A stretch of DNA of 63,364 nucleotides, filler included, from Octopus bimaculoides (taxonomy: Eukaryota): assembly GCF_001194135.2 (NCBI RefSeq). It is 4 parts of 4 records of this genome, joined end to end, with 100 filler letters (N's around TTAATTAATTAA, not from the genome) between each part and the next. Parts side by side here need not be neighbours in the genome. Positions count along the whole stretch, not along the records: positions 1 to 17,167 come from NC_068993.1; 3 more parts are not named here. One strand, given 5' to 3'. This document shows positions 1 through 12,365 of the stretch, in pieces (within the stretch, counting starts at the first letter, position 1; each line of letters begins with the position of its first letter). A program made the position numbers and the translations under genes. The notes under the pieces are model-generated. The model ran no database searches, was not told the DNA's origin, and saw only the letters and a list, made by a program, of their open reading frames with translations.

Positions 1-20
1 CACAGCAATATCTTATCTCC

Positions 21-199
21 TCCACTATTTCAGTATGATGTGTCAAAAATGAAACAATAACATCACTCTACTGTAATGTCAGATACTTTCACTCTAACAC
101 TGAAACTATTCCACTATTTCAGTATTACCTGTAAAAAGTGAAACAATAACATGTCGCTACTGTAATTTCAAATATTTTCAATTTCACACTGAAACTATT
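21..199 (+). repeat. Two diverged ~90-bp tandem units
   Basis: ccactatttt?cagtat...tgaaacaataacat...ctactgtaat...acactgaaactatt at 21-110 and 111-199. Confidence 0.75.
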
Positions 200-299
200 A
201 AAGTGAGACTATACTCTCACATATATACAGGCATACTATAAGACCCAAGTAAAAACATTCCCAACAATTCAACTTCTCTGGTTGACATTAACACCCCCA

Positions 300-592
300 C
301 CCCCAATAGGGGCCTTCATTCCCACATTTTAGAGCTCCATTTTGCGGTAGCAAAATCTTTTTTACAGGTTCCAGAAGACTGAAATTTTGGAATATGCACA
401 TAAAGATCAATAGTATGGGATACATGTCTCATGATTAGAATTTTTTAGGGTGTGTAAAGAGGGAAAGAACCCTCATGTGCAATTTTGATGAAATTCGAAT
501 CATATGTATTCCAGTTCCTTACAGAAAATATAACAGAAAAGTCTCATTTTTCAATTGCATGTAACACGGGCAACGCCGGGTATCTCTGCTAG
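300..592 (+). mobile_element. Non-autonomous Helitron-like element, 3' end
   Basis: CACGGGCAACGCCGGG hairpin (565-580) followed 8 nt later by CTAG (589-592); 5' boundary uncertain. Confidence 0.55.
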
Positions 593-1624
593 AATGTAAT
601 AAATCTTGTCTTTTTGACAATTTCTTTGTTTCAGTTCCTGAATCGAATTTACTTACAACTTTCATTTGTCATATTGAGTAAATAAATGCATGGACTGGCT
701 TTTCTGAAATTTGATTCGCTATGAGTCATACCCACCGCTGAATTACTGAAATGATTACTGAAATAAAAAACATGTTGCTGAGCCGTTATGTGACTCCTTT
801 TCATGAGCAGACGAAATGTCCCACCGTCGCCAATAATAAACTCCTAACGAAATTCTACGTGATCGTTAGATTTGTTAGAAATAAGAACCAAATATTCATC
901 AGATTATACCAAAACATTGTGAAAAGAGAAGATCAATTGTATAATGTAGTCGTAGACACACAAAAAGTCGAGATGGTTATGATTGGAATGTCCTTGATTG
1001 TACACCTGTTAAATCATAATTGACTCGAGTTAAACAAGAACATCAAACTCGCTACCTTCTCTAAAATAAGGATCACATACTTTAAATTCCTAAACCAGAG
1101 AACAGCTTACAATAACGATAAGATGGCTACTTCTCGGGTGTAAACTGCACAATTAAACTTAGCCATAGGCCAACATAATGTATGTATACATACAACAGTG
1201 AATAGTGATGACAATAGCTTGAGAACTGAAGAGTTTTTTATTGATATGACGGCGATACCATAATTCTTAGTTCAAATTAGTAAATATATTGTTCTCTACT
1301 TACATATTTTGAACATAAGTAATTGGGATTCAGTTACAATATTTATTTTGAATAAGATTTGTAACTTACTCTTTCGGGAATCTTTGATTTTATATGCACC
1401 TAAGACCAAAAAATCGCCATTCTTTCCTAGCTGGAAAAGCAGTCTAAGTTCTCAGAAACATCGAAAACAGGAAATAAAATTGTTCCAAAGTTCCATTTTA
1501 TCAATAATAGTGTTTTTGCCTTCAATTGTCGTTTAAATGGTTCACCAAACCCGATCGATCGTTACTTGGAATAACTTACTACAAATCGTATACATGGAAG
1601 TACATACTTGAAAACACACACTGC

Positions 1625-1655
<31 letters not shown>

Positions 1656-3755
1656 ACTTACAATACATTTGTGTTGTTATTATTCGTGATTATTTGAACA
1701 GTTTCTCGTCACTAATTTATGTACTGAAAAATCTCTTCGCCAAATTATCATTTACTTACGTAAAGTGATAGAAAATGCACATATTCTCAAATCAGTATTG
1801 ACAATACTTACCCATTTTTTTAAGAAAAGGTGCAGAAAATCAGAAGGTATATCCAGGTAAAAAAAAAAATTAGTCCGACGGCAACATTTAAAATGTGGAA
1901 AGTTATAGCGTGACGTTTGGGACAAATGATATGAGGAAATGACGACACCTGTTGTCACAGGTAGGAGTTAGTTATAAGGAAGGTGAGATAAACCTGGTGG
2001 GAGTGGCTAGTAAGTATATCACACACACATAATACATACAAACATATGTATGTATGTATGTATGTATTCATATACATATATACGTGTATGTAAGTATGTG
2101 TGTGTGGGTGTATTTATGGAGATAATAATCCTTACTTAACGTTATTGATAATTTCGTGGCAAGTGCGATTATAAAAAAATTGTCAGTTTTGAATCTGTTG
2201 TTTTGGTTTAAATACTTGACCTACTATCTGTTTGGCTGTCTCAACTTACAATTTTCATTTAACCCGTTTCAGATCAACTCGCCCCGCAGAAAGGCAAAGA
2301 GTTACTAGAAAATGAAAAGGGTAAATTGTTTCGTGAAAATCGTCCTAGGAAGATCAAGCAAAATCTGCTGCAAAAGAAGATTAATTGGTTTCTGTTGGTG
2401 CTTTAGTTTTCATTTATGTCAAGTATTGTCGTACGTCGAAAGAATTATAACTTCGTGAAGTATCATACGTTCCAGTGTGGTCCAAATGATCCAAGTGTGA
2501 AGAGTCTGTTGGATTCTCGTCCAGTGAGCAAATTGGTTCCGTTTGCACTGAAATACCGCGCAAGTTTAAATTCTACGGAAAGAAAATAAAAATATTGAAA
2601 TCAACAACGGGTCCCAGTCCTGTCGTGCCCAACTCGAACGCAAACGAATAGAAAATGTCCTTTTCATGGCTCAGTCTCAGCCTAGCGCTACATGTTTTCT
2701 ATCAGAGGTTCAGAAAGTGTACGATGTACATACGTTGTAAGAACATTCTCAGATTACAAGTAGATGGGTATTGTAGTATAAAGATAGTTTGCTTATAGTT
2801 GGATTCAAGAATTAGAAATGGCTTATTCATAGAATGCTTAATTCTTGCGTGACAAAGCTTAGCACATACCAGCAAACGTATTTTTTGTTGTTTACACATA
2901 AGAATGGCACTTCTTAGTGAACGATGAACGACTGTTTCAATATCTACAGTTCAATGACGTCATTGAGCGCTCGTCTTGGTGTTTTTTTTTTTTTTTTTTT
3001 TTTNNNNNNNNNNNNNNNNNNNNNNNNNNNNNNNNNNNNNNNNNNNNNNNNNNNNNNNNNNNNNNNNNNNNNNNNNNNNNNNNNNNNNNNNNNNNNNNNN
3101 NNNNNNNNNNNNNNNNNNNNNNNNNNNNNNNNNNNNNNNNNNNNNNNNNNNNNNNNNNNNNNNNNNNNNNNNNNNNNNNNNNNNNNNNNNNNNNNNNNNN
3201 NNNNNNNNNNNNNNNNNNNNNNNNNNNNNNNNNNNNNNNNNNNNNNNNNNNNNNNNNNNNNNNNNNNNNNNNNNNNNNNNNNNNNNNNNNNNNNNNNNNN
3301 NNNNNNNNNNNNNNNNNNNNNNNNNNNNNNNNNNNNNNNNNNNNNNNNNNNNNNNNNNNNNNNNNNNNNNNNNNNNNNNNNNNNNNNNNNNNNNNNNNNN
3401 NNNNNNNNNNNNNNNNNNNNNNNNNNNNNNNNNNNNNNNNNNNNNNNNNNNNNNNNNNNNNNNNNNNNNNNNNNNNNNNNNNNNNNNNNNNNNNNNNNNN
3501 NNNNNNNNNNNNNNNNNNNNNNNNNNNNNNNNNNNNNNNNNNNNNNNNNNNNNNNNNNNNNNNNNNNNNNNNNNNNNNNNNNNNNNNNNNNNNNNNNNNN
3601 NNNNNNNNNNNNNNNNNNNNNNNNNNNNNNNNNNNNNNNNNNNNNNNNNNNNNNNNNNNNNNNNNNNNNNNNNNNNNNNNNNNNNNNNNNNNNNNNNNNN
3701 NNNNNNNNNNNNNNNNNNNNNNNNNNNNNNNNNNNNNNNNNNNNNNNNNNNNNNN

Positions 3756-3817
<62 letters not shown>

Positions 3818-3827
3818 TATTATTATT

Positions 3828-4145
3828 TATTGTCTTTGCTCAGCTTCTAATGCTGGAGATGTACTATGGTGTCAGCTGTTCACTACCAGTGAACAAACTT
3901 AACACCTTTTAGTTTTCGAGCACCATCTGTAGTATTCAAGCAGTGCCGTTTTCTGCAAGTGCTCCACCCTTATTGCAGCCCCTATTTGTTCCATGTACTT
4001 CTCAAGATTTTTACTCACTGTTCCTGGGGCTCCGACAATTATTGGTACTACTACCACCTTTTTCAGCAACAACAACTGCTTAACCTCCCAAGCTAACCTG
4101 TCATATCTATCGACTTTCTTTCCATATGACAGGTTAGCTTACGAG

Positions 4146-4147
<2 letters not shown>
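3828..4147 (-). mobile_element. Second R4/Dong-like 3' fragment in (TTA)n, with a short terminal inversion
   Basis: KKVDRYDRLAWEVKQ...VPIIVGAPGTVSKNLEKYMEQIG...LQKTALL; (TTA)n on both sides; 17-bp inverted repeat 4090-4106/4124-4140. Confidence 0.75.
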
Positions 4148-4201
<54 letters not shown>

Positions 4202-5191
4202 CAACATCATTATTGTAACTGCTATTGCTGTTCCTGTTGTTGCTGTTGCTGTTGTTATTATTAATTACAGGGAGGGAGTTCAAATGCTCCCAAAATTGAC
4301 TTTGCTTTTTCTCTTTTAGGGCTAATGAAATAAGTACCAGTCAAATATTGGGGGTTGATGTAATCAATTAGAGACCCTTCTCCCAAAATTTCAGGCTTAA
4401 TTTTTCAGAAATAATAATTCCTTAACTAGAAGGAATCATTATTAACTGCAGAAATCATTTCCCACTCACCTCCCCTCATTTCCCCTCTGTAACTGATTGT
4501 GTTATTTCAATAAAGTAATTATAACAACTTTTCAATGGCAATTCCTGATTTTCCTTTCTTTCAAGTCAAAACTTTAGAACGTATCACAGAGTGTTACTGT
4601 TTGTCTTGTGATAAACCTTTGGATAGTTCCTTCTTGTCTTTCATTCATTCTGTAAGATCTACCAAGATTAGGACTATTGTCTATCATACCACCATGTATG
4701 AATCATTTTGCACAAATTCTTACATTGAACCAGTATGATTAGCTCAACTTGCTTGAAATAGCAGCCAAACCTCCCTAAATTTACGTTCTATATTCTTTAC
4801 AAGTTAGTGAAAAATTAGATTATGTTGGTCCTTGATACAGTATTCCTAAAAACCAAACAAACGATAGGGGGATCATTATGATCTTAGGACTAGCTGAACT
4901 AAACAACGATAACTGTTTTATCGATTCCATATTATCATGCGTATTCATTCCTCTAGAAAACAATGTTGCAAAAACAGTATGTTTCTATTCATATGGACTC
5001 AGGCATGGCTGTATGGTTAAGAAGCTTGTTTCTCAAACTTGTGATTTCGGGTTCAGTTCTACTGTGTGGCACCTGGAACAAGTGTCTTGTACTATAGCCC
5101 CGTTCGGATTTTGTAATTCCCTCACATTATAATATATATATACAAAATATATGCAGACATACATACATATATAAATATATATATGTGTATG

Positions 5192-5241
<50 letters not shown>

Positions 5242-7689
5242 NNNNNNNNNNNNNNNNNNNNNNNNNNNNNNNNNNNNNNNNNNNNNNNNNNNNNNNNNNN
5301 NNNNNNNNNNNNNNNNNNNNNNNNNNNNNNNNNNNNNNNNNNNNNNNNNNNNNNNNNNNNNNNNNNNNNNNNNNGATCTTAGGACTAGCTGAACTAAACA
5401 ACGATAACTGTTTTATCGATTCCATATTATCATGCGTATTCATTCCTCTAGAAAACAATGTTGCAAAAACAGTATGTTTCTATTCATATGGACTCAGGCA
5501 TGGCTGTATGGTTAAGAAGCTTGTTTCTCAAACTTGTGATTTCGGGTTCAGTTCTACTGTGTGGCACCTGGAACAAGTGTCTTGTACTATAGCCCCGTTC
5601 GGATTTTGTAATTCCCTCACATTATAATATATATATACATATATGTGTGTAAATGTATGTATGTATGCATGTGTATATTGAGATGGATAACACTAAAAGC
5701 AGCAGATGTAAAACTAACCACAGCTTTTTCTTCATCAATAGCAACAACAAAAATATTTAAACACTGAACAAATGTCAACTGGAAGTTACATTTTGGATGG
5801 AAGCAGTCCGTAAAAGTTTTCACTAATATATCAACTCAAAGAATTTCTGTTAGAACACTTCGTGGGGGATTTTCTCAACTTTGCTGCCTCGTTATTCAAT
5901 TGCTTTTTTACTTTTCACTGAAAAACCGTCTATCTGCTACATTTACTTACCATTCATCTTTTTATTCTCTTTTCAAAACTCATTCTAAAGCAGTTATGAT
6001 TATATTTCCCCATTTCTTGAATTATAGAGATTTGTTATGTTGTTATGGGAAAGTGTTACAACTGAAAATTAATCTTGACATTGTTTGACTCAATGTTTTA
6101 CTCAATTTGATTTCTTTTGGCATGTCATTATAGTTTGTTCTTCAAGAACAGATGTTACAACAATAATCTACTAGAAATACCTATATTGCTAGGGGATGTA
6201 GGTAATACCACCGTATGGCAGGTGAAATTATTGCATCAACACATTTATACTCTATGTAGGTTGCCTGAATTATGAAAAAAGCAGGCTTTTGGGGAAGCAT
6301 GAGAAACAGATACTTGAGAAGAAGACAACGGAAGCAGAGGAAGGGGGATCTTGGGAACCTGAAGAATTATGAAAACATATTTACTACTATTCAAGTATCA
6401 ATATCATGTGTGTGTTAAGGCGGCAAGCTGGTAGAATCATTAGCTCACTGGACAAAATACTTAGCGGCATTTCGTCCATCTTTACGTACTGAGTTCAAAT
6501 TTTGCCAAGGTGGACTTTTCCCTTTATTCTTTCAGGGTCAATAAAATAATACCAGTTGAGCATTAGGATCAATGTATTGCTATGGTTTTTCCAACAGAAG
6601 ATTGGTTTGGAACCAAAGCAGCTGAACAAAGTCACCAATGCATTAGGCATGGCAGCTGCAACCAGCTCAAGATGGCTATGGTTGACAAGAGACCCTTTGC
6701 AGGGAACCCTTTGCAGACTGCCCCACTCAACCAAAGCATATAGGTTTCCTGTTTTAAAACTATATTAAAACCTTCTATAAAAATTTCATATTAATTTGTC
6801 ACAAACATCAGCTTAATAATGACAAAGTTATTTTCCAAATTCTTCAATATTTATAAAATTAACTAAATGAAACCTGGGTATTTCATTAAAGATGTGGAAA
6901 TAAAGGCATTATACTCAAACACTTAGAAATAGTAAACACTCTCATCTATATTCTCAAACGCAATATGAGTTTGATGCCATGTTCTCTGCTCTAGTTTTTA
7001 AAAAGAGGACTTCACTTCATCATAGTTTTCATTATTGCTTCAAGTCTTTATAGGGTTGTGTGGTAAGAAGCTTGCTTCCCAACCATATGGTTTGTGATTC
7101 AGTCCCACTGCATAACACCTTCTACTATAACCTTGGGCTAACTAAAGCCTTGTGGGTGGATTTGGTAGATGGAAACTGAAAGGTCATTGTGTGTGTGTGT
7201 GTGTATACCTGTGTTTAATTCCATTTATTTATTTATCTATCTATCTATCTATTTGTCTATCTATCTATCTATATATATATANNNNNNNNNNNNNNNNNNN
7301 NNNNNNNNNNNNNNNNNNNNNNNNNNNNNNNNNNNNNNNNNNNNNNNNNNNNNNNNNNNNNNNNNNNNNNNNNNNNNNNNNNNNNNNNNNNNNTTTTGGC
7401 AAATGAAACAAGCTGAGGATTCAGTTTGCTTGAGTGCTTGTGGATTATTTACTATCTGTTTTCTTGAGTGGACAGCAAGGCCTGCTTTGTTTCATGCCAC
7501 AAAACTACAACAGGCAAAGTTTCCATTTAGAGGAGTAGTGTCTTGCCAGTGTGCCTTCATGCATGCAGAAAGTTGGTCCCAGTGTTCAAATTTTTTATGT
7601 ATATATATATGTATGTAGGTATGTCTCTTCAGTTTTGTGTCTGGTCCCAGTATGGCATCACAAGGCAAACAAAAATTGCTGTGTACCGT

Positions 7690-8345
7690 GCATGTGTACT
7701 AACATCACTCATGTGAGACATGGATCCTTTACAAACGTCATGTAAAGGTCCTTGAATACTTTCATTAGAGATGTCTGAGACACATTCTGAATGTTGGCTG
7801 GACTTTAAAAACTCCAGACACACAGGTCCTGAGGAAAGCAGACATCTTGAATATTGAGGCAATGGTGCACAAGCACCAGTCATGTTGGACTGGACACCTT
7901 ATTAGAATGAAGGATAGCAGGATCCTAAACAGATGCTATATGAGGAACTTGATAGTGGAAAGAGACCCCAACAGAAACCAAGGCTGCAATTTAAGGACTG
8001 TGTCAAGTCCTCATTAAAGGCCTGTGATATGCAGGAGACTGACTGGGAGAGCAATGCCTGTCATCACCACAGATTGAGGAAGCAGGTTAAGGAGTGGGTT
8101 GACACCTTTGAGAGAGCACAAATTCTGTATGAAGAATTTGAGCATGCTGCTTGAAAGCGTGCTGCTAGTCTAGTGAATGGGGAAAGCTTGGTTTGCAATG
8201 TTTGCAGTCGCATATGCTTGTCAAGAGCAGGGCTCATTAGCCACCAACAGAGCGACGAATGCAAAATATAAGTTAGTCCTAGAACACACAATGTTCTGAA
8301 AGGTCAGCAATGGTCTTCCTCGGTCATGAGTGGATGGCCCTCATC
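7690..8345 (+). mobile_element. RTE-clade LINE, 3' end fragment
   Basis: QMLYEELDSGKRPQQKPRLQFKDCVKSSLKAC, then zinc finger CNVCSRICLSRAGLISHQ; short 3' UTR ending in a tcatcat tail. Confidence 0.85.
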
Positions 8346-10421
8346 ATGTATGTATGTATGTATGTGTGTCTTTGTCCCCCAATACTATTTGATGAGTGTT
8401 GGTTGTCATCCCCAATCGAAACCGCAATTCTCTGACTGCGAGTCTGCTACCCTAACCACTGGGCCATTGCGCCTCCACTTGCACTCTTTTAAAGCCTAGC
8501 CAGGCTCATGGGCCCGGTTTCCCAGTTTCAATGGCGTATGTGTTCCCCCCAGCTGGACGGGATGCCAGTCCATCACAACGTTACTCATTTTTGCCAGCTG
8601 AGTGGACTGGAGCAACGTGAAATGAAGTGTTTTGCTCAAGAACACAACGCGTCGCCCGGTCCAGGAATTGAAACCACAATCTTACGATCCTGATGCTGAC
8701 ACCCTAACCACTAAGCCACGCGCCTCCACAACAGAATAAGTACCAGGCTTAAAAAAGAAAAAAAAATAAGTACTGTGGTCAATTCATTTGACTAAGAATA
8801 CTTCAAGGTGATGCTCCAGCATGGCCACAGGCAAATGACTAAAACAAGTAAAAGATATGGGCATGTGAATGCACAAACAAACAACAATAAGTAATACACA
8901 TGTTCTTTATCTATTCATATACCATTTCTATGTTCTCTATTTAGTCTTACACAACTTAACTAATTTTAGTTTGCATCATTCCATTTAAAGTGTATGATAC
9001 GGTTCTAATGCAAACAATAAAATAACAATCCAATGTTGAATCCATTTTCAGAGCAGCTGACAGATTCTTTATAGCTAGGCACCTTACCCCACTTAACTTA
9101 GTCAACCAAAGAGCCACAACCCCCAAACCCTCAAACAGTATGCTTATATCTGTACTGGCAAGGAATATTGTTTACAACACCTGGAGTAAATCACCCACTA
9201 ACCCCAGCTGAGAGGTGTTTACCTACCACCATAAACCTAAAAGACAACAATCAAGAAAGCAAAGATATCTTTATGCATCACGCAGCTTGAAACTTTCACT
9301 TCCAAAATTATAGCTGGGCCTTCATGTAATTTACCAAGAAAGCACAACTAATTTTGCAGAATCTGCCAACCTTCCACTCTTCAACCAGTATGTTATTGTA
9401 ACCCTTTGCAGATAAAGCCACTCTCAGTTAAAACCAGTCGTATTTATAAGGCCATTCTCATTTTCTGTTCACGTGGCTTCTACTTTCACACTACATACAT
9501 GGCTGTGTGGTTAAGAAGCTTGCTTTGCAACCATATGGTTTCGGGTTCAGGACCACTGTGCAGTACCTTAGGCAAGTTTCTTCTACTAATAACCCTGGAC
9601 TGACCAATGTGAATTTGGTTGGTGGAAACTGTGTGGAAGCTCATCGTGTATATGTATGTGTGCCTTTGTGTCTATGTTTATCCTACACTCCACTGCTTGA
9701 CAACCAGTGTTGGTTTGTTTACCTCCTTGGAACTTAGCAGTGAGTGTGTATATAAATACATTGATAGAATGTATGTATTTAAATACATGGGTGAAGTTTT
9801 GAAACAGCTGACCGGTTAAGTCTCATACTTCATGGGAAAGGAAAAGGGTAAGGAGAGGGGCAAAAAAAAAAAATGAAAAGAATGCGAGCTATTTCAGAGT
9901 AGGGGTTAAGTTGATTACATTCAACCTAATGATAAACTGGTACTTATTTTATCGACCTCGAAAAAGCAAAGTCGACCTCGCCTGTATTTGAACTCAGAAC
10001 GTAAAGACGGAAGAAATGTCGCTAAGCATTTTGACCAGCGTGCTAACGATTCTGCCAGCTCGCCGCCTTAAAACTCCGCCAGATTATTGATAGTCTATGT
10101 ATATTAATATTAACTAAGATCGTGCAACCATTCTCTTGAAGCAGGCGTGTGGGACATGGCTCATTCTCAGGCGAGCCGCACAACTAAGAAGAAATTCAAG
10201 GTAAAGTTTCACTAGGCGTGCCATTCAGCAAATCCCGTAGGATCATAGGACCCGCGGGCCGCAGTTTACCAGTGAGTGCAATAAACATTAGCAGAACGTC
10301 AGTGTGCTGAACAGTTCAGCGCGTGATAAGAGAAACGAAAATTAGCCAAGGGAGGGAACTGATTTGTCACTCTTTACTTTCTGAGACAATTTCGCATGCT
10401 TTTGGTATATTTCATTACAAA

Positions 10422-10544
10422 ATGGTTGGTGTAAACATTAAAGTTAGCGGATCGAGTTCTGCTAAACCTAACCCTAAAAAAAAGGAAAACACTACAGAAT
10501 CTGCTTTTGATTTGGAACAACATTTCATTTTGAGACTGCCGGCG
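10422..10544 (+). CDS. TAF7: TFIID subunit 7, coding exon 1 (MVGVNIKVSG...FDLEQHFILRLPA)
   Basis: ATG at 10422; LEQHFILRLP matches the TAF7 N-terminal motif (human LESQFILRLP); donor GCG|gtaaat, phase 0. Confidence 0.9.
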
Positions 10545-11549
10545 GTAAATAACTTATATTGCATAATGTTTTCGATTTGCTAGTTTCCCTAATTGTAAAT
10601 ACTATTGTAATTTAAATGGTTTATTAAAGACTTTGTTGTGTATTGGTAAGTAAAAGGTTGTCAATTGATCGGATGGCTTTTCGAAAACGATCTAAAATGT
10701 TTCTGTGCAATGTAACTACTGTATTTGATTCGGGAGCTCGTACCGTTAAGTATCTTGTAAATCTAAGAGAATCGAGAGAATCTTCGATTATAATTACATT
10801 TGAATTTTTGATATCTTATAGAAATATAATAAGCCTTTTGCCCCTTTTGGCATAACTACAGGGTTTTACCCGCCAGACTTTGGGAGGTCATAACTTTCAG
10901 AAAAATGCTGTAGTTATGCCAGCCTTTTCTGTGTGCTTTCTAGTCTATATTTAGTTTAGCTCTCTAGTTATCAGATATTTATAGGAAGGGCTGTACACAG
11001 TAGCATACCCTGAATCTCTATTTGTTATAATTATGTACTGTTTGTGCCTGTGATCGATGTCTGCCTTTGATGTGTAGTTGTGTTGTTTGGTATTATACGA
11101 TGCATACAATTAAAGTTGTGTCCTTGAGCAAGACACTTTATTGCTCCAGTCCACTCAGCTGGTAAAAGCGAGTTGTACCTGTAATTCAAAGGGCCGGCCT
11201 TGTCACATTCTGCGTTGCACTGAATGAAGTGCTCAGCTACTTGCACTTTAATTTCACGAGCAGGTTACTCCGTTGATCGGATCAACTGGAACACTCGTCG
11301 TCGTAACCGACGGAGTGCCAGTTACGATTAAAGTATGTATTTTGACGCCTGTCTATTCCTATCGTCTTTGGTGTGGAAAGTAGACCGTGAATCGAGCATA
11401 CTTCTAAAGCTGTGTCTTCTTTTCTCAACCAATCGAGTATATTCTCTGTTGGCCTTTTACCTAAAAAGTCAAATGATATTTAGGCATGCAGCGATGAACA
11501 ATTGTAATACAAATGTTCAAGAAACGGGAAGTACTGACCGTTCTCCTTG

Positions 11550-11882
11550 TTACGATTGCAGCACCTCCATGTACACAACATTTCATGTTTTCCCGTTTTT
11601 GGCGAAGGTGAAAAGATCCATCTTGCTTCCCACTTTTGAACAGCCAACATACAGTTGTCCATGTGAAAAACATGACTCTTCCAAAAGAAGGCCAGCCTCA
11701 GATAGGGTTTGGCCTTGGAACTTGTTGATGGACATTGCAAAGCTGACACAGATTGGGAATTAGAGTCTCCGAAATGAAAAGGGAATGTCCACTCCTGATG
11801 GAATGAGGGGAATTCTTGGAATAAATACGTTGTTCCCTTGTCCACATCCCATTAAAACAGTCACTTCAATGACATGGGGTAG
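11550..11882 (-). mobile_element. Helitron RepHel (PIF1 helicase) C-terminal fragment in TAF7 intron 1
   Basis: LPHVIEVTVLMGCGQGNNVFIPRIPLIPS...FRRL*FPICVSFAMSINKFQGQTL...CFSHGQLYVGCSKVGS...GKT*NVVYMEVL; two in-frame stops. Frame not shown in the ORF track. Confidence 0.88.
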
Positions 11883-12233
11883 ATTTTCGTTATTGAAAAA
11901 AGCAACGAAAGATTATTATCTGTTGAATATTTTATTGTATTTTATTAAGCTAATAACACCCAGAAACTACATAGTTTTAAAAACTTTACTTCAAAATTTT
12001 TTGGACACTAACTCATAATGGTTTCCATTAAGTAATTTTTTTTAAAATTGTCATCTGTCTACAGACTTTGAAAATGCAATTTAGAAATAGGCCAAAGAAA
12101 ATACAGCAAGAATTAAGGCTTACATAACAGAAGTAAAATTAACTAACAAAAAGTTTAAAATGAAGCAAAGAAAATTTCAAATATCTCTGTTGATGAAAAT
12201 ACTAATTCCTAAGATGTTTATTGTTCTGACCAG

Positions 12234-12365
12234 GGTCCTGCTGCTGCACTTCGTCAAGATGTTCAAACAGGGGCCGTTTCTTTGAAAGACAAATTGAGTA
12301 TTGAAGTTCAAAATGATCTTCGACATGGTATAGTGCGTTATGGTAGTGAAGTATTCTCTGCTAAG
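12234..12365 (+). CDS. TAF7: TAF7 exon 2 (GPAAALRQDVQTGAVSLKDKLSIEVQNDLRHGIVRYGSEVFSAK)
   Basis: ctgaccag| acceptor, AAG|gtttgt donor; 132 nt, phase 0-0; aligns with human LKDRLTIELHPDGRHGIVRV...SK. Confidence 0.92.

Noticed and set aside
1061-1110. 20-21-nt GT-AG units suggesting a dicyemid-like tiny-intron contaminant
   Set aside because: Splicing them gives no continuous recognisable ORF, and the contig carries host-type microsatellites and a Helitron end.
2300-2367. QILLDLPRT peptide resembling a TBC-domain motif on -
   Set aside because: A stop follows within 20 codons and there are no other TBC motifs.
2917-3912. Long ORFs of 270-370 aa in the ORF track (also 21.6, 29.4, 32.8, 49.7 and 57.4 kb)
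   Set aside because: They are runs of N translated as X plus microsatellite flanks.
4880-5639. Apparently identical 265-bp direct repeat (4880-5144 = 5375-5639)
   Set aside because: The second copy starts exactly at a gap edge beside a (TA)n tract; most likely unmerged contig overlap or a haplotig artefact.
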